Source: Antedon mediterranea
Lineage: Eukaryota > Animalia > Echinodermata
Length of the DNA stretch: 64,000 nucleotides
Assembly: GCF_964355755.1 (NCBI RefSeq)
Contig: NC_092675.1
Location: 9,171,812 to 9,235,811, forward strand
Direction of reading: 5' to 3'
The notes under the pieces are model-generated. The model ran no database searches, was not told the DNA's origin, and was given only the letters and a program-made list of their open reading frames with translations. Positions 63,812 to 64,000 of this stretch are shown here, one piece after another; positions within the stretch are counted from its first letter, which is position 1; each line of letters opens with the position of its first letter. A program made the translations under genes and the position numbers.

Positions 63812-64000
63812 AATACCGGTAGGATAGACATTCTGTTTACAGTCAATGTATAATACCGGTAGGATAGACATTCTGTTTACAGTCAATGTATAATACCGGT
63901 AGGATAGACATTCTGTTTACAGTCAATGTATAATACCGGTAGGATAGACATTCTGTTTACAGTCAATGTATAATACCGGTAGGATAGACATTCTGTTTAC
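63812..64000. repeat. Perfect 40-bp tandem repeat running off the window end
   Basis: aataccggtaggatagacattctgtttacagtcaatgtat, about 4.7 identical copies with no spacers. Confidence 0.97.

Noticed and set aside
63812-64000. Possible CRISPR array
   Set aside because: Repeats are head-to-tail with no spacers, there are no cas genes, and the context is eukaryotic.

Overview
AT-rich, intron-rich animal genomic DNA. It is probably an invertebrate deuterostome; echinoderm-like is an inference from composition and frequent TAGGCCTA/TACAGTA motifs. Three host genes are present. (1) A complete mitochondrial DNA polymerase gamma gene (POLG, +, 11616-30772, 21 coding exons, 1169 aa by my splice reconstruction). 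(2) A convergent C2H2 zinc-finger gene of the ZNF710/ZNF366 family (-, 35241-37772) with 20 fingers, produced by internal duplication of 9 of the 11 ancestral fingers. (3) The 5' part of a STARD4/5/6-type START lipid-transfer gene (+, from 51411/51525), including a candidate 21-nt microexon. The rest is dense, often nested mobile DNA: an internally deleted Academ (AcademX-type) transposon with TIRs and a 3-bp TSD, a non-autonomous Helitron, foldback elements, many MITEs, truncated LINEs, minisatellites, and a fully folding tRNA-like gene with an atypical ATC anticodon between (TA)n tracts. I found no prokaryotic system or CRISPR array, and nothing I can call a new biological system with confidence. 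Most short ORFs in the track are spurious. Family assignments come from motif recognition, not database searches.
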